DNA of 58,862 nucleotides from assembly GCA_018398765.1 (NCBI GenBank), contig JAHBMJ010000072.1, forward strand, positions 1 through 58,862, in the 5' to 3' direction. Below are positions 12,177 to 22,593 of this stretch, one piece after another (the first letter of the stretch is position 1; each line of letters starts with the position of its first letter). The notes below the pieces were generated by a model. It did no database searches. It had not been told where the DNA came from and worked only from the letters and a program-made list of their open reading frames with translations. The position numbers were made by a program, and so were the translations under genes. The DNA is from Chromera velia (taxonomy: Eukaryota).

Positions 12177-14330
12177 TTAGTTAGTTAGTTAGTTAGAGGC
12201 TAGGTTAGAGGATGCCTCACCCCAGTTGGAGCGCTAAGCTCCCAGGCAGTACATACATGCATGGTTGTTGTTTGTTAAGTCGCCGGTAGAGTTGATCAGT
12301 TAATCACTTTCTAGAATTGGGAGATAGACATCAAAAAGACAGGCTAGATGTGAGTGTAGAAGCGATCAAATGAAATTACGGATGAAGAGTTCAGATGTAC
12401 TTGCACTGGGGAGTGGACAGTTACAATCATTTGAATTAATGAATTCCAGCTCAGCCAGGCAGTGCAGGAATTCTCTTTCATCCAGCCACTTAGCATATAA
12501 AGAAAGTCTATGCATGAAGTCATCAACACACCGAATATAAGAATCATCTACACAGAGTTTGTGGTCGCTACATTCAACAGACAGAGCACTGCTTTGGCCT
12601 TGTGGGTTAAATGAGAGCAGACATAAGAAACCAAACAGAGAGCTGTCGATTACTGTGAGAGCAGATCGAGGGAGGGCGGAAAAGGAGTAGAAACCAGAGG
12701 CGGATTTGTTACAAAGAAGAAACATAAACATGCGATGAGAGGAGGGAAAAGCTTGTTGAAGGGGGGTGAGCTTGGTAAGAGGAGGGAAATGTGAAGAAGC
12801 GATAGCCCCCGCCTACCGAGTGCAGACCTCTTCCGCAACTGCATGTCTAGCTCTGCCCTTAAAGAAGAAAGAGCCGGTGCCTTAAACTCTCCGTCGCTGC
12901 TGCTCGCTGGTACCAGGGTGTTGCGGCATTCCCACCCCCAACGAACAAACAGAATCTAGACCAGCCCAACGAAGCAGCCGCAAGGAGGCTCTCGAAAAGT
13001 TTAACTCTCGACAACTGTTTCCCTTCCAGGCATGCAACATTGTAGCGGGAACGGTGTGCATGGTTTGTGAGAGCGAGCACCACCAGTCGGCCACTCTAGA
13101 GCAAAGCAGGGCTTTTGCAGGAAGCAGGCCGAAAATATACAGGGAGGGCAAATGAAGACTGCAAGCAGACAGACGGCTAGACTAGCATACAAAACGCAGC
13201 TGCAAAGCATCGATTGTAAAAAGATCAGCATCATAAAGAGGGAAGTATTCGAGGCAATACAGTGTAACAGGGGACTAACACGCTCTAAAAACAGTCATCT
13301 GTGCATCTATACTGAGGGGACCCATGCTGGCAATCAGATGAAACACAGCCCCCAGGGCGCGGGAGGCCGAAGCAATACGCGATTCAACTATCTCACTAAG
13401 GCATCCCCCCTCAAAGAACAAGCACCCCAGGTATTTGTATTCCGTTGCCCATTCAACCTCTTTCTCTTCATATACCACCAAACTGGAGCTTTTTCTAAAT
13501 ATAGAAGCAGACAGGCGGAGAATCTTTATTTTTTTCAGATTGACCGTAAGTCTCCATTCTTTGCAATACTTCTCGAGAGCAGAGAATTTCTTTTGAAGGT
13601 CTGAGACAGAATGGGCAAGAAAGCAGAGATTGTCAGCATAACCCAAACTGTCCAGAACACAATCATCCAGCAAAACTGGCTCCGGCTTGCTTTCTGGCTC
13701 CTCTCTACTGCCTGCTTCCATTTCTATGTCTGTCCGCTCTCGCTCGACTGCCTTGCTGGCATGCCTTGCCTCGCTCTTGCTTGCAAAACACACACGGGGG
13801 AGATCATTTATGTACAGAAGAAAAAGAATAGGTGAGAGGGCATCCCCTTGCTTCACTCCAGTGGTAGACCAGCGCCCTCCCGAAAATGTAGAGAGTCCCT
13901 GTCAATCTAAGGCTTGCCCCATATCTCTCTATACATTTCACACATCATGCAGATGTTTGCCTCACTCACGCCCTCATTTCTCAGTTTCTGAATTAACTTT
14001 GCTCTTGGCACAGTGTCAAACGCCTTAGAAAAGTCAACAAAACCTACCAACAGAGCCTTTCTTTTCTTTTTGTACGAAGAGACAACAGAGGCAAGAGCAC
14101 CACCCCCCTCCCTCGTTCCCACCCTTTTACGGAACCCCAGCTGTCTAAAGTCAAGACGGACCTGGGAACGCACATGGCAGTCCATCAGGAGGCCAAAAAG
14201 TTTTGCAAAAGGGTTTATAACATAGATTGGTCTCCATTCGTTGGGAGAGGGGGAAGCAGGGCCTTTTAAAACTGGGCAAATATGCAAAACATTCCATGAA
14301 GGAGGCCAACAAGCATGAATATACATCAGG
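12177..14330 (-). mobile_element. Degenerate, 5'-truncated non-LTR retrotransposon (LINE) ORF2 with an RT domain and a (TAAC)n 3' tail
   Basis: Minus-strand fragments carry RT motifs WRPI..FAKLF, QLGFR, FVDFSKAFDTV, GVKQGDALSPILFLLYINDL, YADN (degraded YADD), EYKYLG, RIASASRA; interrupted by stops and frameshifts; (TTAG)n on + at ~12177-12196 lies at the expected 3' end. Confidence 0.9.
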
Positions 14331-15435
14331 TTAAATAAAATAAAAAGTAAAAAGCGGGATTACATTTTGAGTTGTTCTCTATTTGTTAGATAATAATTTA
14401 AACCATATATTATATTTTGTAGCAGATTCTCTATATGATATACTTAAAAAGATTAAATTATGGAATAAAAATTATAGTTACATTATGTTCCACTCTATGT
14501 TTCAATAGTGTTTCGTTTTTAAAAATTTTCTATTTGCTTAGTTATATTCAAGTTTGAAAACACAATCGATCTTATGAAAAAATCCGCTTTTCGGTTAAAA
14601 ACAGTTAAAAACGGGCTGTTTTACAATTTTAGTTTGAAGCCATGCACCTTGAAACCACTTGAGATCGACGCGCTCTTCCGAGTCGTAGAACTAGTTTCAC
14701 AAGCCTCAAGACACACTATCAGTCTGTATCTATCTAAACGGCAGCTTCGTACTAATGAAGCTTATAAGTGTCAACAGTGGTTGATTCATGAATCTGAAAC
14801 AAGTGGATCAGAAAACCTTAAAAATGAAAAATGACACTTCCGTCATAAGTTTCGTGGTATACAAAAGATGCGAAGAAACCCTCCAAGAAAGCAGGGTTGT
14901 CGAACTGAAGAGGTGGAAGTGGGAGGTCAACTGCCGAAATAGAGTTCCACTCATCCCATGGTCCATGGGGAATTCATGTAGCACCCATGATCCGATGTCG
15001 TCGAGTTTTTGTGAAACTAAAACGCTTGAAGTAAGGAATGGCAGCAAAAAATACAACAAGCTCCTTGTAACGATTGAAAGTCAGGGGCCTCTATCTTTGC
15101 AACCACTGTTTCTAAGACATCAGTAGACCTACCCCATACATGTTGATTCCGCCAGCCATCGGGTTAAAGGGGAAGTCGTTATAAGAGTTGGCAGTCGAAT
15201 CAGTCTGGCTTCCAGCACGTTCAAGCGATAACTCTGTGTCCAGCACGTTCAACGCACGACGCAGCAATGTGATTTGTTAACTTACAAAAGATGATGTACA
15301 AGCAGAAGGCATTTTCACAGGACAGACCAACCAAAGGGCTTTGCATTAGCGTTCAGAGAGGTTCCTCTAAGACGTTCCTCCTAAGTGTTAGCTTGAAGTA
15401 AGGCAGATAACTCTAAAGCCTGCTTCTCATAGCAG

Positions 15436-15670
15436 CCGCCAGTGGAGTTGAAAGGAATGAGGTCGCTGGCTTTCGTTTCTGTGAGGATTACGGGCAAATC
15501 AACATTTTTCAACTTTTTAAATGATCATTCTTCTCGCTGAAACGGATGAACCCCAAGGTTGGACGTACATCTCCGCCAGTGGCATCGAAAGGAATGAGGT
15601 CACTGGCTTTTGTTTTTGCGAGGATCATGATGTCGGGCATATCAACATTTTTCAACGTTTCAAATGATCG
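15436..15670. repeat. Two diverged ~95-bp direct repeats
   Basis: ccgccagtgg..gaaaggaatgaggtc..ctggcttt..tcaacatttttcaac..aaatgatc at 15436 and 15573. Confidence 0.8.
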
Positions 15671-16890
15671 ATCATTCTCTGCAAGACCCTCTCTGCTGAT
15701 ACATTCTCAGAGAGCCACCATCATTCTTTGCAGATTCTCCTTCATTGGGATCCTGCGCAGGCTATGTACTCAGTTCCCTTATAGGGTGCAGGCTACGAAA
15801 ACTTCGGCAAGAATGAGGAGGTATACTCACTGGGTGCTCACGAAATTTTGGAAGCTAGAAAGGACAAAAACTTTGTCCTTCGAGTTATACTTTAAGTTTA
15901 ACATAGTATCCTAGCTCCGGCAGGGCTTATAGGCTAGTGTTGCACCCCGTGTTGCACGAGCTACAATTATTGGCCTTTTATGTTACCATCGATGTACAAT
16001 AACAGAGAAGATACATTCTCAGCAGCAGTGTTCTTCTTTTTGAACTTGACTCTCAAGTTATCATCCCAAATGGCACGAATCTCAAAAGCATCACCCAGTT
16101 TTGCAGAACTTTCAAAGCAATGATCTGCAAGAGTCATAGATCGAGGGTTGACAGATATATGAAATGCAAAGGACAATCAATGGTCTTCATAGGGTCAACC
16201 TATGAAGATGGGACATCAACCCAACTCTCATAGGGTTATCCACCTATGAGTCGAACAGTGGTGCGGACTGATCCTCAACCTTCTTGAGCTTTATGATCTA
16301 GCGTATTTACATATTTCGGTCAGATCTTTTGGGGGCAGCCTTCTTGAGATTCGAAAAATGCTCGTGATACTGCATTCTGTTTGCTTTGGATAGCTTTGGG
16401 CACTGGGTCCCATGCAGCGCTTTGTTACTGAAGTGTTTGTCTGGACTTTGCGTTTAGATTTCGGCATGGTTTTTGTTGCTCTTACTATCTACTTTTTGTC
16501 TTGTAGCTTGGCAGTGCTCGATGATTCATGCTCGTTTACTTCAGAACCTTGACTGTTAACATGCTCATTTTGGAGTTTTCAACCGACAGCCTCAACAGAT
16601 GTTTAAAATGAAAGATGAACTTTTAAGTTGGCTAAGACGATTTACTCTTTATTTTGGCTTACAGATTCCTTCAGCCCATACTCTCGTTCTTTTATGATCT
16701 TCGGGGAAATGTTCACGTCGAGTTTTTCAATGTATGTCCACGGTAAGTATTGCAAAAATAGAATTTTGATGGTCGTTTGATGCATGCATAGATTTCGATG
16801 GAGTGTTACATGCATGCATGCATATTGCAATTCCTCGATGCGTGCGCGGCCCCCCTCCCCCTCGAAAACCCAAAGTGCCTGACGAACAAA

Positions 16891-17575
16891 GGATGCCGTG
16901 ATTGCAACCCCAAGCGACAGTGTGTCACTGCTATTCCACCGATGACAGGGACAAGGCCAGGCCTCGCGAAAACTGCCCTAAGTACAACTCCTCAAGCTTT
17001 TACACCTACAGGAGGCACGTTTCCCAAAATCTTTATCATGATTGCCACCCTAAACGTCACTTCTATGACTGCTATTCTACCGATGACAGGGACAAGGCCA
17101 GGCCTTGCAGAAACTGCCCTAAGTACAACCCCTCATTGACAAGCTTCTACACCCATGGACGACCTCTGATCAAAGGATACCGTGATTGTAACCCCGAACC
17201 TTACTTTTGCGACTGCTATTCCACCGATGACAGGGACAAGGCCAAGAAACGCGGCTACTGTTCCAAGTGTAACCCCTCAAGGTTCTGCACCCATAAGAAG
17301 CACATTTCCCAAAATCCCTGTCATGATTGCTACCCCAAACGTTACTTCTGTGACTGCTATTCTACCGATGACAGGGACAAAGCTAAGAAACGTGGAAATT
17401 GCCCCTACCTAAGTATAAACTATCACTCTACTTCTGTAACTGTTATTCCACCGATGACAGAGACAAGGCTAAGAAACGGTGCCACTCTCCCAAGTACAAC
17501 CCCTTAAGCTTTTATACCCACGGGAGGCATGTTTCCCAAAATCCCTATCATGATTGTCACCCTAAACGTTACTTG
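16891..17575 (+). pseudogene. Decayed Cys/His-rich repeat-protein fragment (~140-bp tandem units, about 5 copies), related in pattern to CxHGR..CxxC repeats
   Basis: Unit core ctgctattc(c/t)accgatgacagggacaag recurs at ~16928, 17069, 17213, 17354 and 17440; translation CDCYSTDDRDKAKKRGYCSKCNPSRFCTHKKHISQNPCHDCYPKRYF, with many Cys->Tyr changes and frameshifts. Confidence 0.75.
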
Positions 17576-17634
17576 TCAAAGAACGTTCGAAAAAACTGTA
17601 AGAAGAAGAACGCGGTAGCAAGGTGCGATTTGTA

Positions 17635-17819
17635 GACGTCTTTTACATAATTTGATCGAACCAGGGTGCGATTCATAGCTGGTTCCCTTTATATTACAGC
17701 GCTTTCTCAGATACAATCACAAGTGACGTCCTTTGTGCAATTCGATCAAACCAGGGTGCGATTCATAGCCGGCTCCTTTTGTATTGCAACGCTTTGTCAG
17801 ACACAATCGCAAGTGACGT
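17635..17819. repeat. Tandem duplication of ~90 bp
   Basis: gacgtc..gatc.aaccagggtgcgattcatagc..caagtgacgt occurs twice. Confidence 0.85.
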
Positions 17820-18866
17820 AAACCCTCCCTTTGCATTGCAACACTTTATCAGAGCCAATCGTACTAAGTGACAACAGCGAAAAGCAGTTTGTATGTATGA
17901 TAACTCCATATAAAAATTATTGATGTCTGTATCAAATCGCCAGCTATTAACAATATTGACCTGTATACTAGCTAATACTAGCACGAACCTGAATGGAGTC
18001 TCTTTCGCGAGAAAACGAATTAAGCAGCAGTTGAAAGACTTCAGAACGGAATCTTAAAAAAAAGTTGAAGCAAGGTAATCATCGATCAGCGATCAGCATC
18101 TCAATTAAGCGCCCATGATTCTTTTCGGCAGGTTCGATCGGTTTTCGAATGAACGAAGGGTTGATTGGTCGGAGAACCTGCGTGCGTGGTACTGATTACG
18201 TAAATTCGCTCTTATATTAAATACAAATGATTACAAGAAGCAGGGAACTGAGGGAACGAAGCGCCATGCACTTATACATAAGTTGTGCCATTGCAAAAAG
18301 TCATTTGTGCGTGCATGGGCGTTCCGCCCTTCATGTTGCAATTTGTTTTTTTTTTTTTGTTGCAATTTAATTGTTGCATTGTTGCTATAGCTTACAATTA
18401 ACGTACCATGCATGGATGATTGAGGGTTTTTTCATGTATGCCGCGTCCCCATATATGAGAGGCGGATCTAACCTAGTTTGTCGATTAATTGTTGCATGAA
18501 TCCCGTGCGCGGCCCGGCTGCATGGGCGCGCGGGGCCGGCCGCAAACTTTGACTGCATGGGCGCGCAAAACGCGCACGTACGCGCGAGTACGAGATATCG
18601 TGGAGCCGGTTGGAGACGTCGATTAAAGGCGCGATAGGCGAATAATCGTGTATGCATGATTGCAATCGATTGATCTTTGAGCGTGCTGATCGAAGTTTGA
18701 CTGCCATATATAGTGATCGAGCAAGTCAGAGATAACAGGAATCGTTATCTCGTCGAGTCATCTCTGCGCGCTTTCTGATATACCGAAAGTACAGTCTTCC
18801 CTCCTGCGGAGCCTCAAACAACACTGTATAATCGGCTCCTGGAGATATCTTGATTGGCCAAACGAC

Positions 18867-21800
18867 ATGCGCTCTCGTTTGGCCTTGACAGCCTTTTGCG
18901 GCCTTGCCGCGGGGGCCTTGGGGGCTGTTGAACCGTACGGAAGCAGTCTTACGGTCTCTCTTTTGCTCGAAGACGTGCATAGCACTGCTCCGGCACAGTG
19001 CAGTGGCTTGCAACGAGTCTTCGGGGCAAACTTCGATACTGCTTCATCCGAGTCTCCAGATTTCAAGCACGAGGGTACTGACACGGAAGATGGAGGAATG
19101 GTGCTGAAGGGTGTGAATGCGGCAAACGAAGAACTCTTCCTTTTCTATGAAGGGAACGCAGAAGAAGCACAGGAACATCTCCGACAGTCAATCGACCAAA
19201 AGAATTACGAGTACCTCAATTCGCAGGTAGAGGGCCAGTGGTGCATCGGAACTGATCCAGAGGACCCCTCAAGCTGCTTTGCGTCCAATCACGTGAAGGG
19301 CTGGGCAGGACAGGGTTGGCCTGCAGGGGGAACCTGGGTGTTCGACTGTGGCGCCGAAAAGCAGGCTGTCGTCAAACTAGATGTGGAGGTGAAAGGTCAG
19401 TCAAACTGTCTGTCTCTTCTGTTGTTTGCTTGATCAGGTGTTGTTTGTTTGATCGCGTCGAGCCTCCTGGTAGAACAACATTTCGTCTGTTTGTTCATCT
19501 TCCTGCTCCCTTTGTGTTGTAGAAGAGAGAAAGTAATGCTCGGCCCTTCTCTCCTTCTCCTTGAAATCTCCTCTTGCTGCCTTCTCCCTCTCTCTTCCCT
19601 GTCCTCTGCATGCCACCCAGCGTGTTTTCCTGCTTATCTGCATGTCTGTGGGTCCTTAATGTTCATCCAAATCTTTCCATCCCTTTCCCCCCTTCCTTCA
19701 GGAGCTTCTCCTACCGCCCGTTTCGAGCAAGGCCTGCTCTATCACGCCTGCACAGCCACAGGATTCTGCCTTGAGGGAACCTGCTTCGAAATGGACGCGG
19801 TCAGTCGGTTGGGAAGCTGAGAAGACACGAAGAAGAATGAAGTGTGAAAACGAGAAAGTCGGAGGGCGGGCAGAAAGGCCAGCAGAGGCAGGCATGGATA
19901 AACCGGCAAGGTCGCACAAAAAAGGGGAAACACACGGATGGAGACAGGTGGGAAGATAAAGCGCTTGAAGGACCCCCTGTAGAGTCAGTCTCAAGTTACT
20001 CTATTCATCATGAAAAGGCCTCTGTAAGAGAAAGCTGACTTATTTTTTCATTTTCATGAATTCTGGATGCAGATGTTCAGTCAGTGCCGAGAGACATGCC
20101 CCGGACAGCCGGGAGCAGAGCCCGATCCTGAGGGACGTGAGTGGTCCTGCAAGGTTTGGGACTCTGCACCCCCCGCTGCGCCCTACATGGACTGCACGCT
20201 GTCCGGATGCTGTCGTGACCCTGGGTTCGAGTGCTACTGCTGGTTCCCCCCTGGAGCTGACCCCGATGACGAAGGACAGAAGGTCGGCAGGCAAATCTTT
20301 CAGCGATTTCGCGTTCTTCATTTTCGGTTGCAGATGGACACTTCGGGGACACTTGCCTGGGTTTACCCTCCATTTTTCCCCTGCCTCCCCACATGTATGA
20401 CTGGCTGACAGACTGATGAACGAACGACCCGCTCACTTTCCTTCTGACTCACTTTATGAATGCAGATGTGCCAGTGCCACGAGGAGTGCCCTGCCTCCCC
20501 CCGCCGTCGCCTAATGAAGGACAGGAACGACGAGAGGAAGCGCAGAAGACGCATGCGGGCTGAGGCCGCTTCAAAGATCTCCCTCGGTTCTGCAGAAGGT
20601 TGGGCTTCCCACGGTGCCGACACTGCTGGAGCGACCGTCCAAAAGCCTGTCTACACCAGCGACGGTGAGTCGGGCGGGGCGATTGGCTGGATCGAAGCGA
20701 GGAGGAGAGGAGCCGACAGAGAGAGGACGGAAAACAGACTCTTGACCTACAGATACAGGGCAGAACGAAAGGAGTTGTGCAACAGTCCTTGCTCTCTGAC
20801 TTTTATTACGTCGGCAAAAGGCGAACTGACTTATCTCCTTCCTGCGTCCGTCTCTTCACTCAATCCTTCCGAGAAGCAGAAGATGAACTCTCCCTCAGAC
20901 TTCTCTTGTGAGGTCAAGAAAACAACAAGCGCCGGTCCCCCGACTTGTTATTTCTCTCAGCTCCTGTCTCCATTGCAGCAGCTTTCCACTTCACTCACTT
21001 CTTCTCTCCACTTTCCTTGCCTTGATACCTGCAGGGTTTGACTTTTCAGAAACCGAATTGGCCCACACGGTCACGCAGGAGAAGGTCGACGCCTCCGGTC
21101 TGGACTTCGAGATTGACGACTGTGACGAGGACTGGTGTGTGTTTGACACTTACGAGGGTATGGAGGGATGGGACTGCACTCCCATGCAGTGCCAGAGGAC
21201 TCAGATGTTCAGAGGAGAGGAGGAAGTGGAAGAAGGAAGACCCGCACTCATCAAGGCACAGCAGAAGGCACTCGATGAGGCTCCCCAGCCCTTCACCGAT
21301 CTGTTTGCCCCCGAGGATCTCAAACCCGTTGAGATTCCCAAGGGTAAACCCGCCGCTGGTTTCGGCTTGGGAAGCTTCGACACAGCCGTCACCGCCGCAG
21401 CACCCACAGTAGCCCCCCCTCCTGAAGAGAAGAAGAAGAAATTCCCCATTTACGACTGCGGTGGAAACCCCCTCCACGTCAAGGCTCCGGTCAAACTCCT
21501 TGCCCCTGCAATCCTTTGCGCCCCCCTTGCAGTCTATGCCCCCCTCCTTATGACAGGGCCGCTCTTCATCTCTGGTGGTCTGATCGTCGCGTCCCCGGTG
21601 GCAATTATCGGTACCGCAACCTTCACGGGTCCTACCATTGTCACTGCCCCCCTCATCGTCGTTGCCCAGCTGAGCAACATCGCAACTATCTTTTTCACAG
21701 GCCCCTCCATCATTTTGGCACCCACCAACAACATTGCAGTGATGATGATTGCCACCAACTTCATCACCCTCGCCCCTGTCACCAACATCGCAGTCCTCCT

Positions 21801-22593
21801 CCTCGCCCCTGACATTTTCGACGATTCCTTCTACATGTTCCCCGGCGACAACGTCAAGAACAAGCTCGGTCTCACCGACAAAGACATGAAGAAGATTGAG
21901 GACAAGGAGGTCAAGCAGATTCCCTACAAGGACAAGGAAGAGCTCGACTTTGAGAAAAACCAGACTGTCGTCACAGTCACCAAGGACAAGAAGGGCGTTG
22001 ACGTCACCAAGGAAGACGGTGTGAAGAATGGCGACTCACCGATTCTCCCGATCCCCTCCCTCGCAGACAAAGTCAACGTCATCCTCGCACCAGCCCAAAC
22101 AATCAACCAGGAGGTTGGGTCCAAGCCCGTCCCCCTCCCCCAGGGCCCCATCGCAAAGACCCTCAAAATCAGAAAGGGGACCACCCTCGGATCCTTCTAC
22201 GTCATGATTGACGCGATCACTCTCGTGTGTCCCCGCTACCTCCGCTTCCCCGGCACCGAGCCTTCCAAGGACGACCCCCTCAAAATCTTCTACATCCTTC
22301 CCAGAGACCTCCGCATTGTCGCAGAGAACAACATTACCCTCTCTGACTGCGTCCTCCCGATGCCTTCCGACTTCATCAAGGACTTCCCGTGGATCCCCCA
22401 GAAGATCAAGAACAACCTGGGTCCCCTGGAGGCCCTGGAGGATAAGTTCATCCCCCATTTTGCCAGAGAGGCAGTGAACGACAAACTGTCTGTTGCAACC
22501 GCGGTGGCGGAAGGGCGTTGGCCGACCTACAACCAGGTCTATGACGCACTTACCTTCCCTACCCCCCTCTTTGCCGACGAGAAGGAGGAATAG
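18867..22593 (+). CDS. Secreted protein, 5 exons (18867-19395, 19702-19799, 20073-20282, 20466-20664, 21035-22593): signal peptide, Cys-rich modules, polybasic RRRL site, hexapeptide-repeat domain
   Basis: N-terminus MRSRLALTAFCGLAAGALGA; phase-consistent GT-AG introns; C/G-ending codon bias in the last exon; period-6 [AG]P-xxxx repeat at 21466-21810. Confidence 0.8.

Noticed and set aside
16891..17575. Possible CRISPR-like array (conserved ~30-bp core with intervening sequence)
   Set aside because: The intervening sequences are homologous to each other and keep a reading frame, the context is eukaryotic, and there are no cas genes. It is a coding tandem repeat.
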